Assembly: GCA_951406725.2 (NCBI GenBank) | Contig: OX597833.1 | Location: 22,382,001-22,446,000 of the forward strand | Origin: Octopus vulgaris | Lineage: Eukaryota | Direction of reading: 5' to 3' | DNA length: 64,000 nt | Shown: positions 1 through 13,394 of the stretch, piece after piece | Layout: each line of letters opens with the position of its first letter | How positions within the stretch are numbered: the stretch's first letter is position 1 | The notes under the pieces: generated by a model | The model's input: only the letters and a program-made list of their open reading frames with translations | Told to the model about the DNA's origin: nothing | Databases searched by the model: none | Made by a program: the position numbers and the translations under genes

Positions 1-99
1 TTATACATGGCCACCTCTTTACTGGTCAAGTTTCTATATGAAAAGAAAGAAAAAATATATATATATACATATGTGTGTGTGTATATCCCTGGTTCTATG

Positions 100-402
100 T
101 AAAAAGCACCAGTGATGGTGTCACATAAAAAGCACTGGCGATGGTGCCTCATAAAAAGAACCGGTGATAGTGCCACATAAAAAGAACCAGTGATGGTGCC
201 GTGTAAAAAGCATTGGTGATGGTGCCACGCAAAAAACACCCTGTACACTCTGTAAAGTGGTTGTTGTTAGAAAAGGCATCCAGTGGTAGAACCAAGCTAA
301 AACAGACTAGTGAATCTGGTGCAGCCCCTGGCCTTGCTAGCTCATGTCAAATCATCCAATCTATAGCAGCATGGAAAACAGACGTTAAATGATGATGATG
401 AT
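100..402 (+). mobile_element. Interspersed retroposon-like repeat with internal ~30-bp tandem units and (GAT)n tail
   Basis: Units like GGTGCCACATAAAAAGCAC, then GGCATCCAG...GTTAAATGATGATG. Related copies at about 3470-3780 (-), 5245-5443 (+) and 7935-8157 (+). Confidence 0.65.
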
Positions 403-410
403 ATATATAG

Positions 411-640
411 GGGAAGAACTCACAAAAAACAAAAGACAAAGACAGATGGTGTAGACAACAACCAGATGTATTAGTTTAACACTCAGGAAGTGAAAAAGTC
501 TTTAATGTTTCGAGCCTATGCTCTTTCACAGAAAGAAACAAGGAGAGAAAATAAAGAATGTGTAGTGGCTAGCGATCTATCATGGTGAATGCCAGACAGA
601 GGGGTCACACAAGAGAGCTAGGAAGAAGGGGAGATATTAA
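411..640 (-). mobile_element. Penelope-like/retrozyme-type repeat terminus with hammerhead-like motif
   Basis: Homologous to 8515-8735; follows a (TA)n tract; minus strand contains CTG..GAGC-loop-GCTC-GAAAC. Confidence 0.45.
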
Positions 641-1649
641 GTTTCATACTGTAGAGATATAATAGTTTGGTAGATTTATATAACATGTCCTGTATCTTCA
701 AGCAATCTTTCGGGCTCAGTTCATACCATTAGGTACATGACATATTATATAAATCTGCCAAATTATTGTATCTCTACATCATGAAACTATTAGCAGCTCT
801 TTTCTTAAATTCTTTGAATATCAAATGATATTTCTCTCTCACTGGATGGATTACGTTTTTGTTGATCCTACCTATAACAGAATAGTAAGATATACATAAA
901 TATTTATGAGCAAAATTTAGGCTAGTTGAAATATGTTTGTCCCATATCTCAGCTACTAAAGGCAAATACACTGCAGTTACCGTGGAGAAAAAAATCTCTC
1001 TTATGGTAAAAAGGTATGAAAACACCCAGTTTGTTCAGTGTTGCCAGTGGGGTACGAGGTAATCTGGCCATGTGGAAACAGGTGAGGGTTAGCAACAAGT
1101 AGGGCATCCAGTTATAGAAAATCTGCCAATAGTTGTTGTAGACAAACAACAGCAGTAATTTTATTCAGCTGAATACACGTCATTGACTGGTTGAAATTAC
1201 CAAAATACTACAACTTTAACGTGAAATAACTTCCTAAAGATAAGCTTTTCTCAAAAACGCTAAGAGTAAAAGATGTTTTATATGACACATTCTACCAGTG
1301 TCTGAAGTTTGAAAGTATTTAGTTACAAAAAATTATTTTCTAAATCTGCCAGTCAAAAGGTAAAGATCCAAACAATCAATACAAATTAAGATTCCACCTC
1401 TTTAGAACCAGTAAATATTTCAGCATTAATCAGTTGTTGGCTCTCTACAAAGCTCATATATGACCCATGTTAGAGTACTGCTTACATCTATGGAGCAGTA
1501 CTGCTGCTACACACACACAGCTGCTTGACAATGATTTACTCACCAACAAACAGCTACCATGATTTCTACAGTTACTTGAGTATTTTTTAGTCTGCCTGCT
1601 TCTATCTCTACTACAACAGCTTTTGTTATTCTGGACTTATGATCTACAC

Positions 1650-1987
1650 TAGTGGTTCTCAACTAGGGTCCATATGATCCCTGGAGATCCATATAAGATT
1701 TTTGTAGGGTTCACATAAGCAAAATAGTAAATTGGGTCCACAGTATTATTTTAAGGATCAATGAAAAAATGTTGCCATAGATGCATTTATTGCAAGAAAC
1801 AGCTAAGTTTCTTTCTTTAATGTTTTACATAGTTCAAACTACAGAAGTAAATTGAGATGAACAAAATAGTAATTTTGAAAGAAGTGCCTCTAAAATTAAT
1901 TTTTAAACATCAAATGCCGATGAGAGTCCACCAGAATAAAACAGCAAGCAAAGGAGCCCATAGATAAAAAATGGTTGAGAAACACTG
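1650..1987. mobile_element. hAT-type MITE
   Basis: TIRs tAGTGGTTCTCAAC / GTTGAGAAACACTG, flanked by an exact 8-bp TSD ATCTACAC (1642-1649, 1988-1995). Confidence 0.85.
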
Positions 1988-2483
1988 ATCTACACTGACC
2001 AGCTGGACCCTCAGTGTAAAGAACATGGTAAGCAGTGTCTAACTCAGAAATTTAGCAAATTGTCCAAACATGGTTTTAAATGTGCATCATCATCATACAT
2101 TTCCAGTCTTCTGTGAAAAACATTTTCTGGTCATGTGGAAACAGAGGAGGGTTAGCAACAAGTAGGGCATCCAGCTATAGAGAATTTGCCTTAACAAATT
2201 CTGTCTGACCCATGCAAGCATAGAAAAGTGGATTTTAAATGATGATGACTTCTTTTGGTTTTTTCAAAACATTATTTGAAAGTTGTGTTCAAGTACTGAG
2301 CCACTAGCAATGTAGTCACAAATTCAAATTTCCCTTGAGGCACTGTGTTGTGGTCTTCAGCATGACACATAATTATGTCTTGTAAGTGGAAAATAGGCAG
2401 AGTTGTCAGAGCATCAGGTGATATACTTATATACTTTGTGGCATTAATTCCAACTTTTTGTAAATGATCTACTTGGGTAACAT

Positions 2484-2703
2484 CCCTTTAGTATTTCAGC
2501 CAGCCATGTCTAGCCCAAATACTCCACCTGTTTTACGATCAAACTGGCCAGATTCAGTCTCTCACACTTACCCTACATTGTCATCCTAAAAATAAACAAC
2601 CACATCAATGAAATCTCAAAGCTATGAGATAATGCATGACTAATTCAAATGAATGTGAATAAATAAGCATTATATTTGACAGAGTAATCTGAGTGTTAAA
2701 GGG
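2484..2703. mobile_element. Possible piggyBac-like MITE (decayed)
   Basis: Imperfect TIRs CCCTTTAGTATT / AGTGTTAAAGGG; TTAA sites are degenerate. Confidence 0.4.
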
Positions 2704-3017
2704 GTAATTTGTGGCCCAGTTTAAAACACACCTAGTCCTTGGGTGCATTTAGCCTTGTTCACACTGTGGTGTGCATCCAGGTACCTCTTCAGTTTAAGGA
2801 CACTGCTTCCCAGATGCCTCAGGGTATATCACTCTTCGCTACTGACTAAAGGATAAGAGGAAAAACCTCTTCTGATTGAAAAGAAAAAAAGTGGGAGTTC
2901 ATTGCTACTTTATAGTTGAATGATTAGTAGAAAGAAGGGCATTCAAGCCACCAGCTGTGAAATACTGAAATTTAATCCACACAAGTATGGAAAACTGGAA
3001 CATAAAAAACAACTTAC

Positions 3018-3067
3018 TTCAATGGCCGGACTGTCAGAATGTCATCGTTTCTGTCATCAGAAAACCC
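3018..3067 (-). CDS. CTU2: CTU2 coding exon 8; later exons were not found and probably lie left of the window
   Basis: tttttccag|...|GTAAGT; encodes GFSDDRNDDILTVRPL, matching the GFSD.R..D...RP motif. Confidence 0.88.
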
Positions 3068-3980
3068 CTGGAAAAAGAAAGAGGGAGCAACATTTACAAT
3101 ATTTTCTTTTTTTAATTCAATACTTATGAAAAAAATTAAAAAGCACTAACAGATTCACAGAGGAATGGGAAACAAGGGCCTGAGATATTCATATCTTTGT
3201 TTTTGAATGGGATTAGCAGTGAAGAGCATGGCAACGGGAATTGAAGTTAAATGTACACTTGATTAACTGAAAGCTAGATATGACTACTACCACCACCATC
3301 GCCATCACTAAAAACAACAATAACAATAATAATGATGGTTTCAAATTTCAGCACAAGGCCAGTAGGCTTGGGGGAGGAGCTAAGTCAATTAAATCAACTG
3401 GTACTTATTTTATCAACCCCAAAAGGATGAAAGGCGAAGTCGACCCTGGTGGAATGATAATAATACCAACATCTATTGTCTATGCTGGCATGAGTTGGAT
3501 GGTATAACCAGATCTGGGAAGCCAGGGAGCTGCACCAGATTCCAGTTCAATTTGGCATGGTTTCTACAGCTGAATGTTTTTCCTAATGCTGACCACTTTA
3601 CAGAATGTGTCAGGTGCTTTTATGTTGCACTGCACAGGCACTTTTACATGATGCTGCAAGAGTTGCTTTTATGTGGTGCCACATGAGCATTTTATGTGGA
3701 AACACACGGGTGTTTTTATGTGGCACTGCACAGGTGCTTTTAGATGGAACTGCCATAAGTGCTTTTTATGTGGCACCAGTCCAGGACTCTTGCAGGTCAG
3801 TCCTCACCACCAGGGGTACTGGTCTTAACACTTTTGCTGCAGAGTACGGGTCTTCTTCAGTACAGCAAGGTGCCAGGCATCTTGTTTTCTTTGTCATCCC
3901 GCCTGAAAGGTTCAGTATTCTGAGGTGAAGGTTCAGCATCTTGAGTGAAGAATGACCTCACTTTTAATTCTATTAAAAGA

Positions 3981-4061
3981 TATCCTTCATGTATTGAGAT
4001 ATTGTTGCATATATATATATATCCTTCATGTATTGAGATATTGTTGCATATATATATATAT
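3981..4061. repeat. Tandem duplication of a ~40-bp segment
   Basis: ATCCTTCATGTATTGAGATATTGTTGCA(TA)n occurs twice head to tail. Confidence 0.85.
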
Positions 4062-5594
4062 AGCTTTATGTTAATCCTGTCCCTGTGGAAACAAGGATCT
4101 GACATAAACAAGTACATTCAGTTTTACAAAAAAAAAAAAAAAGAAAAACATGGCTATTGTTAATTTGTAAGATCAAACAATATAAATTAGGGTTATTATA
4201 TTTCTGTCCCAAGAGACATTGTTTTGTACCACTGTTCAGTCAGAATTTGAGCTGTAGCCCAACATGGGACAACCACCTCACAGGTTGCTGACCCCCACTT
4301 TTCACAGTGGCACTGAAGTAACCTCTACATGATGTATGGGGATCCTGAGTTTACCCAGGTGCTAGAACCCATCTCCTCTTGGCCTCATTGATGTGGTTCA
4401 AAGGAGGACAGAGCTCTAGTTTGGCTGCAGGAGTTGCAGAGAAATTGCTGAGCCATTCTAGAAGTTCCACTTCAGATTTATTGTAAGATATACTTCCTAG
4501 CCTTTATCTCACAAAACAGTGAGACTATTTACCACCAATATCCAGGGATCTCTTTGTAACAGGATGAGGTTCGGGAACACTGGAGGGGTGTCCGATCTGA
4601 TCCCGTCACATACAATTTAAGTAGAGTAAACAGAGACAAAGTCAGGCAGTCTACGATCACAGTAAATGGTGGTTTATTCTCGGTCACAGGCAAGAATGAG
4701 TGCACATGTATCTCTCGTGGGAAACCGGCAGCCGAATCCGCAGAACTGATTGTGATGCTTTCTTGTTGCGAGTCAAAACGATTCGTCGGTTCGCTCCCGC
4801 TTCGTTGGGGTGAGGTTCTCTGAGTGAAAGTCAAGACACGTCTGACCACTAGTGCCGCTTATGCCAGAAAGGATGATTTAGCGATCCGCGTTTCAGGTTT
4901 CAGTTCCTGCACATGCGCCGGTTAACTTAGGACAAAGAGCCATACTAGCTGAAGTCAGTTGAACTTGCAATGTGGCTCATTGTCAGTCACTCTGAAGTTA
5001 TGATTACGGTTGCTATCCAATCCTTGAATGGATTGAACATATTTTAATGTTTAGTATTGACTATACAGAAGTGCTGATCACTTAAAGTGGATGGAATTTG
5101 TGGAAGTGGGAGACCCAGGAATACATGGGACGAAGTATTGAAGGCTGATCTCAAGACTCTGAGCCCTACAAAGGAGATGACTAAGGATTGAGATATCTGG
5201 CACCTTGCTGTACTCAAGAAGACCCATCTACTGCAGCAAAATTAATACCAGTGCTGGTGCCACATAAAAAGCACTGGTGTTGGTGTCACATAAAAAGCAC
5301 CCAGTGTTAGGGAAAGCATCCAGCCATGGAAACCATGCCAGAATAGACAATGAAGCCTGGTGTGGCCCCCGGCCTTACCAGCTCCTGTCAAACCATCCAG
5401 CCTATGGCAGTACAGAAAACAGACATTAAATGATGATGATGATATTGTCACAGTTTACTAATTTGAAATTATTATGTTAGCAGAGCACTGCAGAATACAG
5501 ATCACCAGGATTTCTTCTCAATATAATATTGCATCTCCTGCTTCTAAGTACATATCTGAGTAAGATTCCATAGAGATAAAGTAAGAAAACTCAC

Positions 5595-5730
5595 CACATT
5601 GAGGGAAATATGAGCACCTCTTCCTTGAGCTATGTCAGCTAACATCAGAATAGCAAGACGGTTTTCACCAGTTCCTACCATTATCATTTTGTTTCCAGTC
5701 AGCCTAGCAATTCTGTCTAACAAATCATTA
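5595..5730 (-). CDS. CTU2: CTU2 coding exon 7
   Basis: ctccag|...|GTGAGT; encodes NDLLDRIARLTGNKMIMVGTGENRLAILMLADIAQGRGAHISLNV with the conserved RLAI...A.GRG motif. Confidence 0.92.
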
Positions 5731-5824
5731 CTGGAGAGAAAAATAATAATAATAATAATGAACATTCATGAAGTAAAATATAGGAAATAAATTCTATATC
5801 ATTATTTCCTCCATAAGAAATATA

Positions 5825-5949
5825 CATTTCTTTACTGCCCACAAGGGGCTAAACATAGAGGGGACAAACGGATTAAGTGGTTTACATCGACCCCAGTGCG
5901 TAACTGGTACTTAATTTATCGACCCCGAAAGGATGAAAGGCAAAGTCGA
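5825..5949 (-). mobile_element. 5'-truncated SINE with TSD
   Basis: SINE core (GTCGAC...GAAAGGATGAAAGG...ACTGGTAC) flanked by the direct repeat CCTCCATAAGAAATATA (5808-5824, 5950-5966). Confidence 0.85.
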
Positions 5950-8243
5950 CCTCCATAAGAAATATAGCCAAGTAATTCATGTACATGAATTCATAGAAAA
6001 GAAAAGGGTTAACCAACCAACCAATGATAAAATGGTTTTACAGTTAGATTAGGGTAAATTTCAGTGACTAAATACCCCTAAACAACATACAATGTTGTAT
6101 CATTTAAGACATTTTAATCCAGTGATTACTACCTTCAGAGGTTATTAAGTTACTATTCAACTAATAAAATCCTAATTTTATTCATTTCTTTTAGTAATTC
6201 TCTGAGGACAAATTATAGAAAGAGGCCATCTAAACTCTCAGTCATTTTCTAAAACACTGCTCCACCATCAAGCCATATTGTTCTCTATCTCTTTTACTAC
6301 TGACTATAAATGACACTCCATTGATTACAACAAGAGTTCCAGTTGGTCCACTCAATGGAACAGCCTGCTCATGAAATTAACATGCAAGTGGCTGAGCACT
6401 CAACAGATACATATAAACTTGGTGTAGTTCTCAGGGAGATTCTGTGAGATACAGAATGTGACAAGGCTGAGCCTTTGAAATAAATGTACAACTCATTTCT
6501 GCCAGCTGAGTGGAATAGATTGGAGCAACATAAAATAAAGTGTCTTGCTTGAGGACACAACATACCGCAGGATATCAAACCCACTGTCATGAACCAAATG
6601 CCCTAACCACTAAAGCCACACACCTTCACACTGCTGACTATATACCACCACCAATACTAGCACCGAAATATACTGGATACACCCACCTCTGCTTTAATCT
6701 ATCCTGCTGCATCCACAACTAAACACTTTTCACAAATTTAGCACCTGAACTACAATCCTCTGCAATTCACTTTCTACTTCTTCAGTTCTCTTCCAGCCTT
6801 AAATTATTGAAACTCAATCTGAACCATAGTAAATTCACCCATTTTTATCTGTCTTCCAGTCAAGAAACACCTTTAAAATAACTGTGTCCGATGATCCTTA
6901 TTTTCTTCTTCAGATTAAAATATAAAAGGGAAACAAAAAACAGAAAGATGCATTTTATTATCTTAATCAGATAACCTAATCTCATCTAAAACAAGCATTT
7001 ACACAACTTAATAGGCATAGGTGTGGCTGTGTGGGAAGAAGCGTGTTATCTAACCATATGGTCTTGGGTTCAGTCCCACTGCATGGCACTTTGGGCAAAT
7101 GTCTTCTACTACAGCCCCAGATTGACTAATGCCTTGTGAATGAATTTTGTAGAAGTAAATTGTGTGGAAGCCTTTCACATGTATACATGTGTGTATGTAT
7201 CTATCTATCTTTCTTTCTCTCTCTCTCTCTGTTTGTCCCTTCCCAACTGCTTAACAGCTGTTGTTGCTTCAGTTACATTACTTCAGGTTTGACAAAAGAG
7301 ATTAACAGAATAAATACCAAACCTAAAAAAAGTACTGGTGTTAATTTGGTCGACTAACACCTTTCAAGGAAGTGCTCCAGCATGGCTGCAATCCAATGAT
7401 TGAAACCAGTAAAAGAAAGCAAAAGAATTCAAATTCAAAAGAAAAGTATGCAACACCAGCTAATTTGGTAAACAGATGTAAGAACAGTCATCATCATTAT
7501 CACTGCCATCACCTTCGTTATCATCATCATTATTATTTCAATGTAAACATTGCATCTTCTTAATAGGTTCAATTTCAACCCTATCTTCTTTTACCTCAAG
7601 TCCAACATTCTTAGATTTCACCCAACCACTTCCTCTACTTCAGGTAACTTCTAACTACCAAACTATAATACTTTTTCACCCAGTTTACATGATCCAATTA
7701 TGTTACATCACTATACCAGCATAGATGTCTCTTCTACAGAAATTGTCTTTTACTTTTGATACCAACCTAATTTCTCAACTCTGCTTAACACACACACACA
7801 AAAGCCAATCAAGCCCTCCTTACATGTGATGGGTCAATCTCAAGACACTGAGCCTTGAGAAGGAGATGACTAAGGACCAAGATATCTGATGCACCACTGT
7901 AGTCAAGAAGACCCATCCACCACAGCAGAACTGATACCGGTGTTGGTGCCACATTAACAGTATTGGTGCTGGAGCCACATAAAATGCACCCAGTAACTCT
8001 GTGGAGTGATTGGTGTTAAGAAGAGCATCCAACTATAAAAAAAAAACCATGTCAGAACAGACAATGGACCCTGGTGTGGCCCCTAATGATACCAGCTCTG
8101 GTCAAACCGTCCTACGCATGCCAACATGGAAAATGAACGTTAAATGATAATGATGAATAATATGTAATGTGCATTTTCTTTACAAAAGCAGAAAGTTAAT
8201 AGTTAGCAATTACGAACTTGACATGAAGAATAAGGTGACTTAC

Positions 8244-8401
8244 CGTAAATGTCTTATAAGCTGTTCCTTAAAAGTGGAACTTTTAGTGTTCCTTATAAGA
8301 TTTACTAATTTCTCTTCTAATTCAGTGTCTTGTAAGAGTTCTCCCTGACCATTTTTATAAAGCTTCAGCTTAATCTTAGAATTTTCTGGTGGACAGAAAA
8401 C
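8244..8401 (-). CDS. CTU2: CTU2 coding exon 6
   Basis: cttcag|...|GTAAGT; encodes VFCPPENSK...STFKEQLIRHLR, matching the T.KE.L...LR motif of CTU2; open frame with consistent phases. Confidence 0.85.
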
Positions 8402-8480
8402 CTGAAGAAAAAGGAATAATGTAGCTTGAAATAAAAATTAAATGTGTGTGTGTCTGTGTGCATATACACACATATATAAA

Positions 8481-8513
<33 letters not shown>

Positions 8514-8514
8514 G

Positions 8515-8735
8515 ACGGGAAGGTTTACGAAAATAAACAAAAGACAAAGGCAGGTTTATGAAAATAAACAAAAGACGAAGGCAGGTGGAGTACAAACAAA
8601 CAATGTATTAGTATGGCGCTCAGGAATAGAAATAAAACAAGTCTTTTACGTTTCGAGCCTACGCTCTTCGACAGAAAGATACACAGAAAAGAAACAAGGA
8701 GAGAAAAAAATTGCGTGTAGGGGCTAACGATCCAC
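8515..8735 (-). mobile_element. Penelope-like/retrozyme-type repeat terminus with hammerhead-like motif
   Basis: Sits in a (TA)n/(TG)n microsatellite; minus strand reads TCTTT-CTGTCGAA-GAGCGTAGGCTC-GAAACGTA-AAAGA. Confidence 0.5.
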
Positions 8736-9497
8736 ACACAAATATATAACTTACATCACACAATAAAGTTTGATCACTCCAAGCTGTGAGTGTACTTATA
8801 CAACCTGTTCAAAATAACATCAAAGTTTCACATCCTTAAAACATAGAGACCTTGCACTGCAACTCGAAACTCAAAGACAAAATATCACCCAGTAAGGCTG
8901 CAATGTTGGAGATTGGAAATGTTACTCATTAGATTCCTTCAGTAAATAACCTTCAATGTCATGGTTTTGTTTAAGGCAAACAAGATGAAAGAACAATAAT
9001 TTGAATCAACAACTGAAACCAAGGACTTACTGTTGTTGTTCTTGTTGTTACTAGCACGAAATGTGATTTAAAAAGTATTCTAAATTGTCATTTTTCAATC
9101 CTGATCAGTGAGATATATGATCAAAGGTTTTCCAGCAATGACCATCCCATTGTGTAATTTAATTGAGTAATTTATGTTGCCAGTTGGTTTAGTGATTGTT
9201 TGATCTGCAAGAAATAGCAGTTGAATTTCCTTAAATAAGTACAGACATACTAACAATTGTAAACCTACATAACCCTAAAAAAGAAGGGGTGTTATGGCTA
9301 GGATATCTTTGATCAGAGATCTGCTAAACAATAATAGTATACTGACTGAAAGCAAGAACTGAACTCATGATCTTGTGGTCAGCAGTCCATTATCTCAATG
9401 TCACAGCCACTTTAGCCACTCCATCAAACCCACATTTTCATTGACTAAACCATGTAGTCAGAATATGTTGAAATAAGAAGTAAATATTGGGAAATAC

Positions 9498-9607
9498 CTG
9501 TTCTAAAGATGTTATGTAATATGGCATTCCCATCCGTTCGCAGAATTCTTTAATTTGAATCAGAATCTCTTGTCGTTGTGCCCAGCTCTGACCAAGAGCT
9601 GCTCCCT
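9498..9607 (-). CDS. CTU2: CTU2 coding exon 5
   Basis: tttacag|...|GTATTT; encodes EGAALGQSWAQRQEILIQIKEFCERMGMPYYITSLEQ. Confidence 0.9.
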
Positions 9608-10539
9608 CTGTAAACAAATAACAGCATTTTTCAATATCAAAAAATAACTATAACATTTCAAAGAAAACAATACTTCAGTTAGTTGTTGCTATTTTCCTCA
9701 TGCTCATCAAAAATTTCTAAGTCAGAAAAGAAAGGTTCTTTTGTCTTTTTTGCAGTTAACATGTCAATGGACATTCTTTCAGCTGTGGTATTCTTTTAAT
9801 TGGAATAGTTTGACAACAGTCCATCAATGAAGAGTCAACCAAGTCACCATGTTTAGCTTACTTCAGCCTTCACTCAATTATATCAAAACCTTGAACTCCA
9901 ATGCTTCTATTTCATTGACTCCAGAAGGATGATAGAACATACATATTTGACAGTAACCAGTAGCCTAAATATATCATACAGTGGGTGAGGCATTTTAACA
10001 CAGCCATTTTGGTGTCACAGAGTCAATGTTGACTTATTTGACATCAAATATTTTAAAGCTTCTCTCTCTCTCTCTTTCTGACTCCTTCTTTGTTTATGTG
10101 TCTGAAGAGAGGGAACATGTGTATGTCAATCATGTTCAATTAGCAAATTGTAATGTTTCTCTCCTATCTATCTGTCTATATTCCAGCACGTGCGTGCATG
10201 TTTGCCTCCAGAACCAACAAGTACTGTCACCAAAACAGGCTGAATGTCCAGTCAGCCATGCCAAATTATCAGTGCACCCAATCGTCTCATTCTGTCATAA
10301 GATAGGCTAGCACTTTTATATAAAAACTCATAGCTAAGTTATGCTAACAGAGAAAAGAGATACCAATAGCTAACTAATCTTATCACTTATAGAGGCAAGG
10401 TATCTATGATAAACTGATCTTTATACATCTCTGTCAAATATAGAGACAAGATGACTATGATAAACTTAACTCGTCACATCAATGTTGTACACAGAGACAA
10501 AATATGCATGATGGGCACAAGGTTAGACTTCTAACTTAC

Positions 10540-10600
10540 CATCAATATAAACGATTTCTGGAATAAACCGAAGTTTCTTGAATTTGCTCAATTCCAAACC
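10540..10600 (-). CDS. CTU2: CTU2 coding exon 4
   Basis: ttttaag|...|GTAAGT; encodes GLELSKFKKLRFIPEIVYID, leading into the conserved IDEG motif; phases consistent. Confidence 0.9.
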
Positions 10601-11189
10601 CTTAAAAAAAAAATGAAAAATGGTTAAATGTCAGAGATTAATGTAAGGAACTAATCTTGTCATATGAAGTAGAAAGGAGAGAAAAAGAAACAAATTTTAC
10701 TAGGAAGATACTTTTATATTTAAAGAAAATTATTCTCAATAGCTAAGGGAGAAAAATATGTTACTTCTGTAACATTAGCGGAATACTGCTGCATGGGTGA
10801 AATCATTAGATGTACAAGCGGAAGGTTAGCAGGTAATAGTGAATTGTTTGATGACAATAGTATTACCTACAACATGCTAGACTATAGAAAATCAGCATTA
10901 GCTAACTAGATGGATTATTGAATGACAAACCAGTTAATGAAAATAACATTATCTAATTTACACCAAGAATAGCATTTAGACACATAATATCAAACTACTG
11001 AATAACTTAAGTCAATCTTTAACAAGGCTGATGTTTTAGAGGCAAGTTTTAGATCCAAACTATCAGAGTAAAAACATTTTTTTTTGTTTTTAAATTAATT
11101 GTAAGGTAGCAGAAAAATTAAAGTTTATAAGTAAATGTCTGTAGAAACAGTGTTGTTTATATTGAGTTGTAAGACAGAAACAACCTTAC

Positions 11190-11328
11190 ATCTTTTACAA
11201 GGTGGAGCAACGCTGATGATGAAGGTCCACCAGAATATGCAAGGAGGATACAATCTCTGTCTCTGATGAGTTTAGATTTACCAATGTTTGACCGGAACTT
11301 GTGTGTCACGTGGGTAAGGAAACAATCT
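11190..11328 (-). CDS. CTU2: CTU2 coding exon 3
   Basis: tttcag|...|GTAAGG; encodes DCFLTHVTHKFRSNIGKSKLIRDRDCILLAYSGGPSSSALLHLVKD, including the HKFR motif and the SGGxSS degenerate PP-loop diagnostic of CTU2/Ncs2. Confidence 0.95.
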
Positions 11329-11487
11329 CTGAAAGGAGATAATAAATAGACAGACAAAGTTGGGATATTATAGAATTAGAGATGACAGCAAAAATTGTTT
11401 CATCATTAAATTAGATGTCAGTAATAAGAGAATGAAATGAGCAAGTATACAAAAGAGATAAGTAGATAAATATGAACAGTTGTTTAC

Positions 11488-11562
11488 CTGCAAAATGGGT
11501 CATTTTGGCGAATAACAAATTTAGCTTCATTTTCTTGACATTTTACACAAAGTCTGACAGAA
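11488..11562 (-). CDS. CTU2: CTU2 coding exon 2
   Basis: ttacag|...|GTAAAC; encodes SVRLCVKCQENEAKFVIRQNDPFCR with the CxKC...FC zinc-binding motif of CTU2. A second in-frame AG lies 9 nt downstream. Confidence 0.9.
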
Positions 11563-13394
11563 CTGTAAGACAGAAAAGAGAAGATAATTTAGTAAATAAT
11601 GGAGACTACATTATTTCTACAAATAGCAATATTACATGTTGCAAAGATAGTGAACTGGTAGAATCATTAGCACATGGAGCAGCATTATTAGCAGCATTTT
11701 GTGTGTCTTAATGTTCTAAGTTCAAATCCTGCCAAGGCTGATTTTACTATTCATCCTTTCAAGGTCAATAAAATAAGAACCAGCAGAGTACTGGGGCCCA
11801 TGTAATTAACTTACCCCATCTCCTAAAATTTACTGGCCTGATGCCAAAATTTGAAAGCAGTATTACATGTTGCACTTGAAAAAGAAAGACACGTTGAAAA
11901 ACAAGAGTTAAAACTCCATACATGTTATAAGGTTATTATAGCGATAGTAAGCACTATCTCAAGTCCTAGGACTCATAGGGCCAGTTACATGGTTTCTATG
12001 GCACTTATGTGTCTGAGATCACAATATCTCCCCTGAATGGAACACCAGTCCATTACAGGGTTACTCATTTACAGGTGAGTGGACTGGAGCAATGTGAAGT
12101 GAAGGGTTTTGTTCCAGAACACAATGTACCACACAGTCTGGAAATTGAAATCATGATCTTTTTTGTTGTGAGTACAACTCCCTAACCACTCAGCCACATG
12201 CCTTCACTCTTAGGTCATTAACAAGGTCTAAATAGTATATCTGATGACTGGAAGAGAAAATTAAGAGTAAATCAGGTGCAGTTAAGAAACCTAATTTGCA
12301 ATTACATAGTTTCAAGTTGATCTTACTACACAATGCCTTCTACTATAGCACTGGGTTGATCAATACTTACCTTGTGAATGGAATTTGTGTGTGTGTGTGC
12401 GTGTGCATATTTTTTGCAGTGAAGAATATATATATCAGTGAGAAAAGTGGAAATCAGTGCTTTACAAAACCATCATCTCCAGCATCCATATTCCATGATG
12501 TCATGGAATATGGATATTTGTTCTCCATCAAGTTAGATATTATCAACATCAGAAATGTAGTTAGGTGGCAAGCTAGCAGAATCATTAGCATGCCAGGCAA
12601 AATGTTTAGCAACATTTTGTCTATCTTTATGTTCTGAGTTCAAATTCTGCCAAGTTCAACTTAGCCTTTCATCCTTCGGGGTTGATAAAATAAGTACTAG
12701 TTGTGTATTGGGGTCAATATAATCGACTTGGCTTCTCCCCCAAAAGTGCAGGCCTTGTGTTTCTTAATATATTTATATTCAATATATACCTAGTCTAACT
12801 TTGAATTGGTACCTTTTCTATTTGTGAATAATCCAAGAAAATTAGCTGAAATTGTTTGGTAATTAACTAAATATGAACTTAATTTAAAATATCAGCCATA
12901 ATCTACTTTAAACTATAGCCTATTGCCTTAAAAGAAAAAAACAATAAAATGCATAATACGGTCCTGGATTCCTAACATACAGGAAAAAGACAGGATGGTC
13001 ATGGCTGAAATGTTCTTGCATCTATTGATTAGTGTTCACTTGGGATTAAAAGAACAATTTAATAAATACAAGTGAGAACTTCAAGTATTACTGAATTCGG
13101 TCTATGAATTGAGATCCAGTTACCTCTTTCGCTACTATTTCCATTGAAATCTGCACAAGCAATCAGTTTCACCCAGGCTCTATATTCCCCAGTGAGGAAG
13201 TGAAAATTTCACTCATTCATTCGACAAAATTTCCATTAAAGTTGTGATAGGGTAAAATAAAAATCTGTTGGAGGAACAGTGACAGAAAACCTCGATTTTT
13301 CCACATATGAAGCAAACTTGAAATGTTAGAACTACTTTCAACTTCCCTTAAGGGAGTAAACAGCGATTAGTCTTGAATAAAAGGTAAGCATAGG

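Noticed and set aside
640-1025. Candidate CTU2 exon 9
   Set aside because: No frame gives the expected KE...YN motif with compatible splice phase; more likely part of the adjacent repeat.
4555-5040. GC-richer segment resembling a solo LTR (106-aa minus-strand ORF)
   Set aside because: Begins with TGTAAC, but I could not find a matching inverted end or an exact TSD, and the ORF has no recognisable motif.
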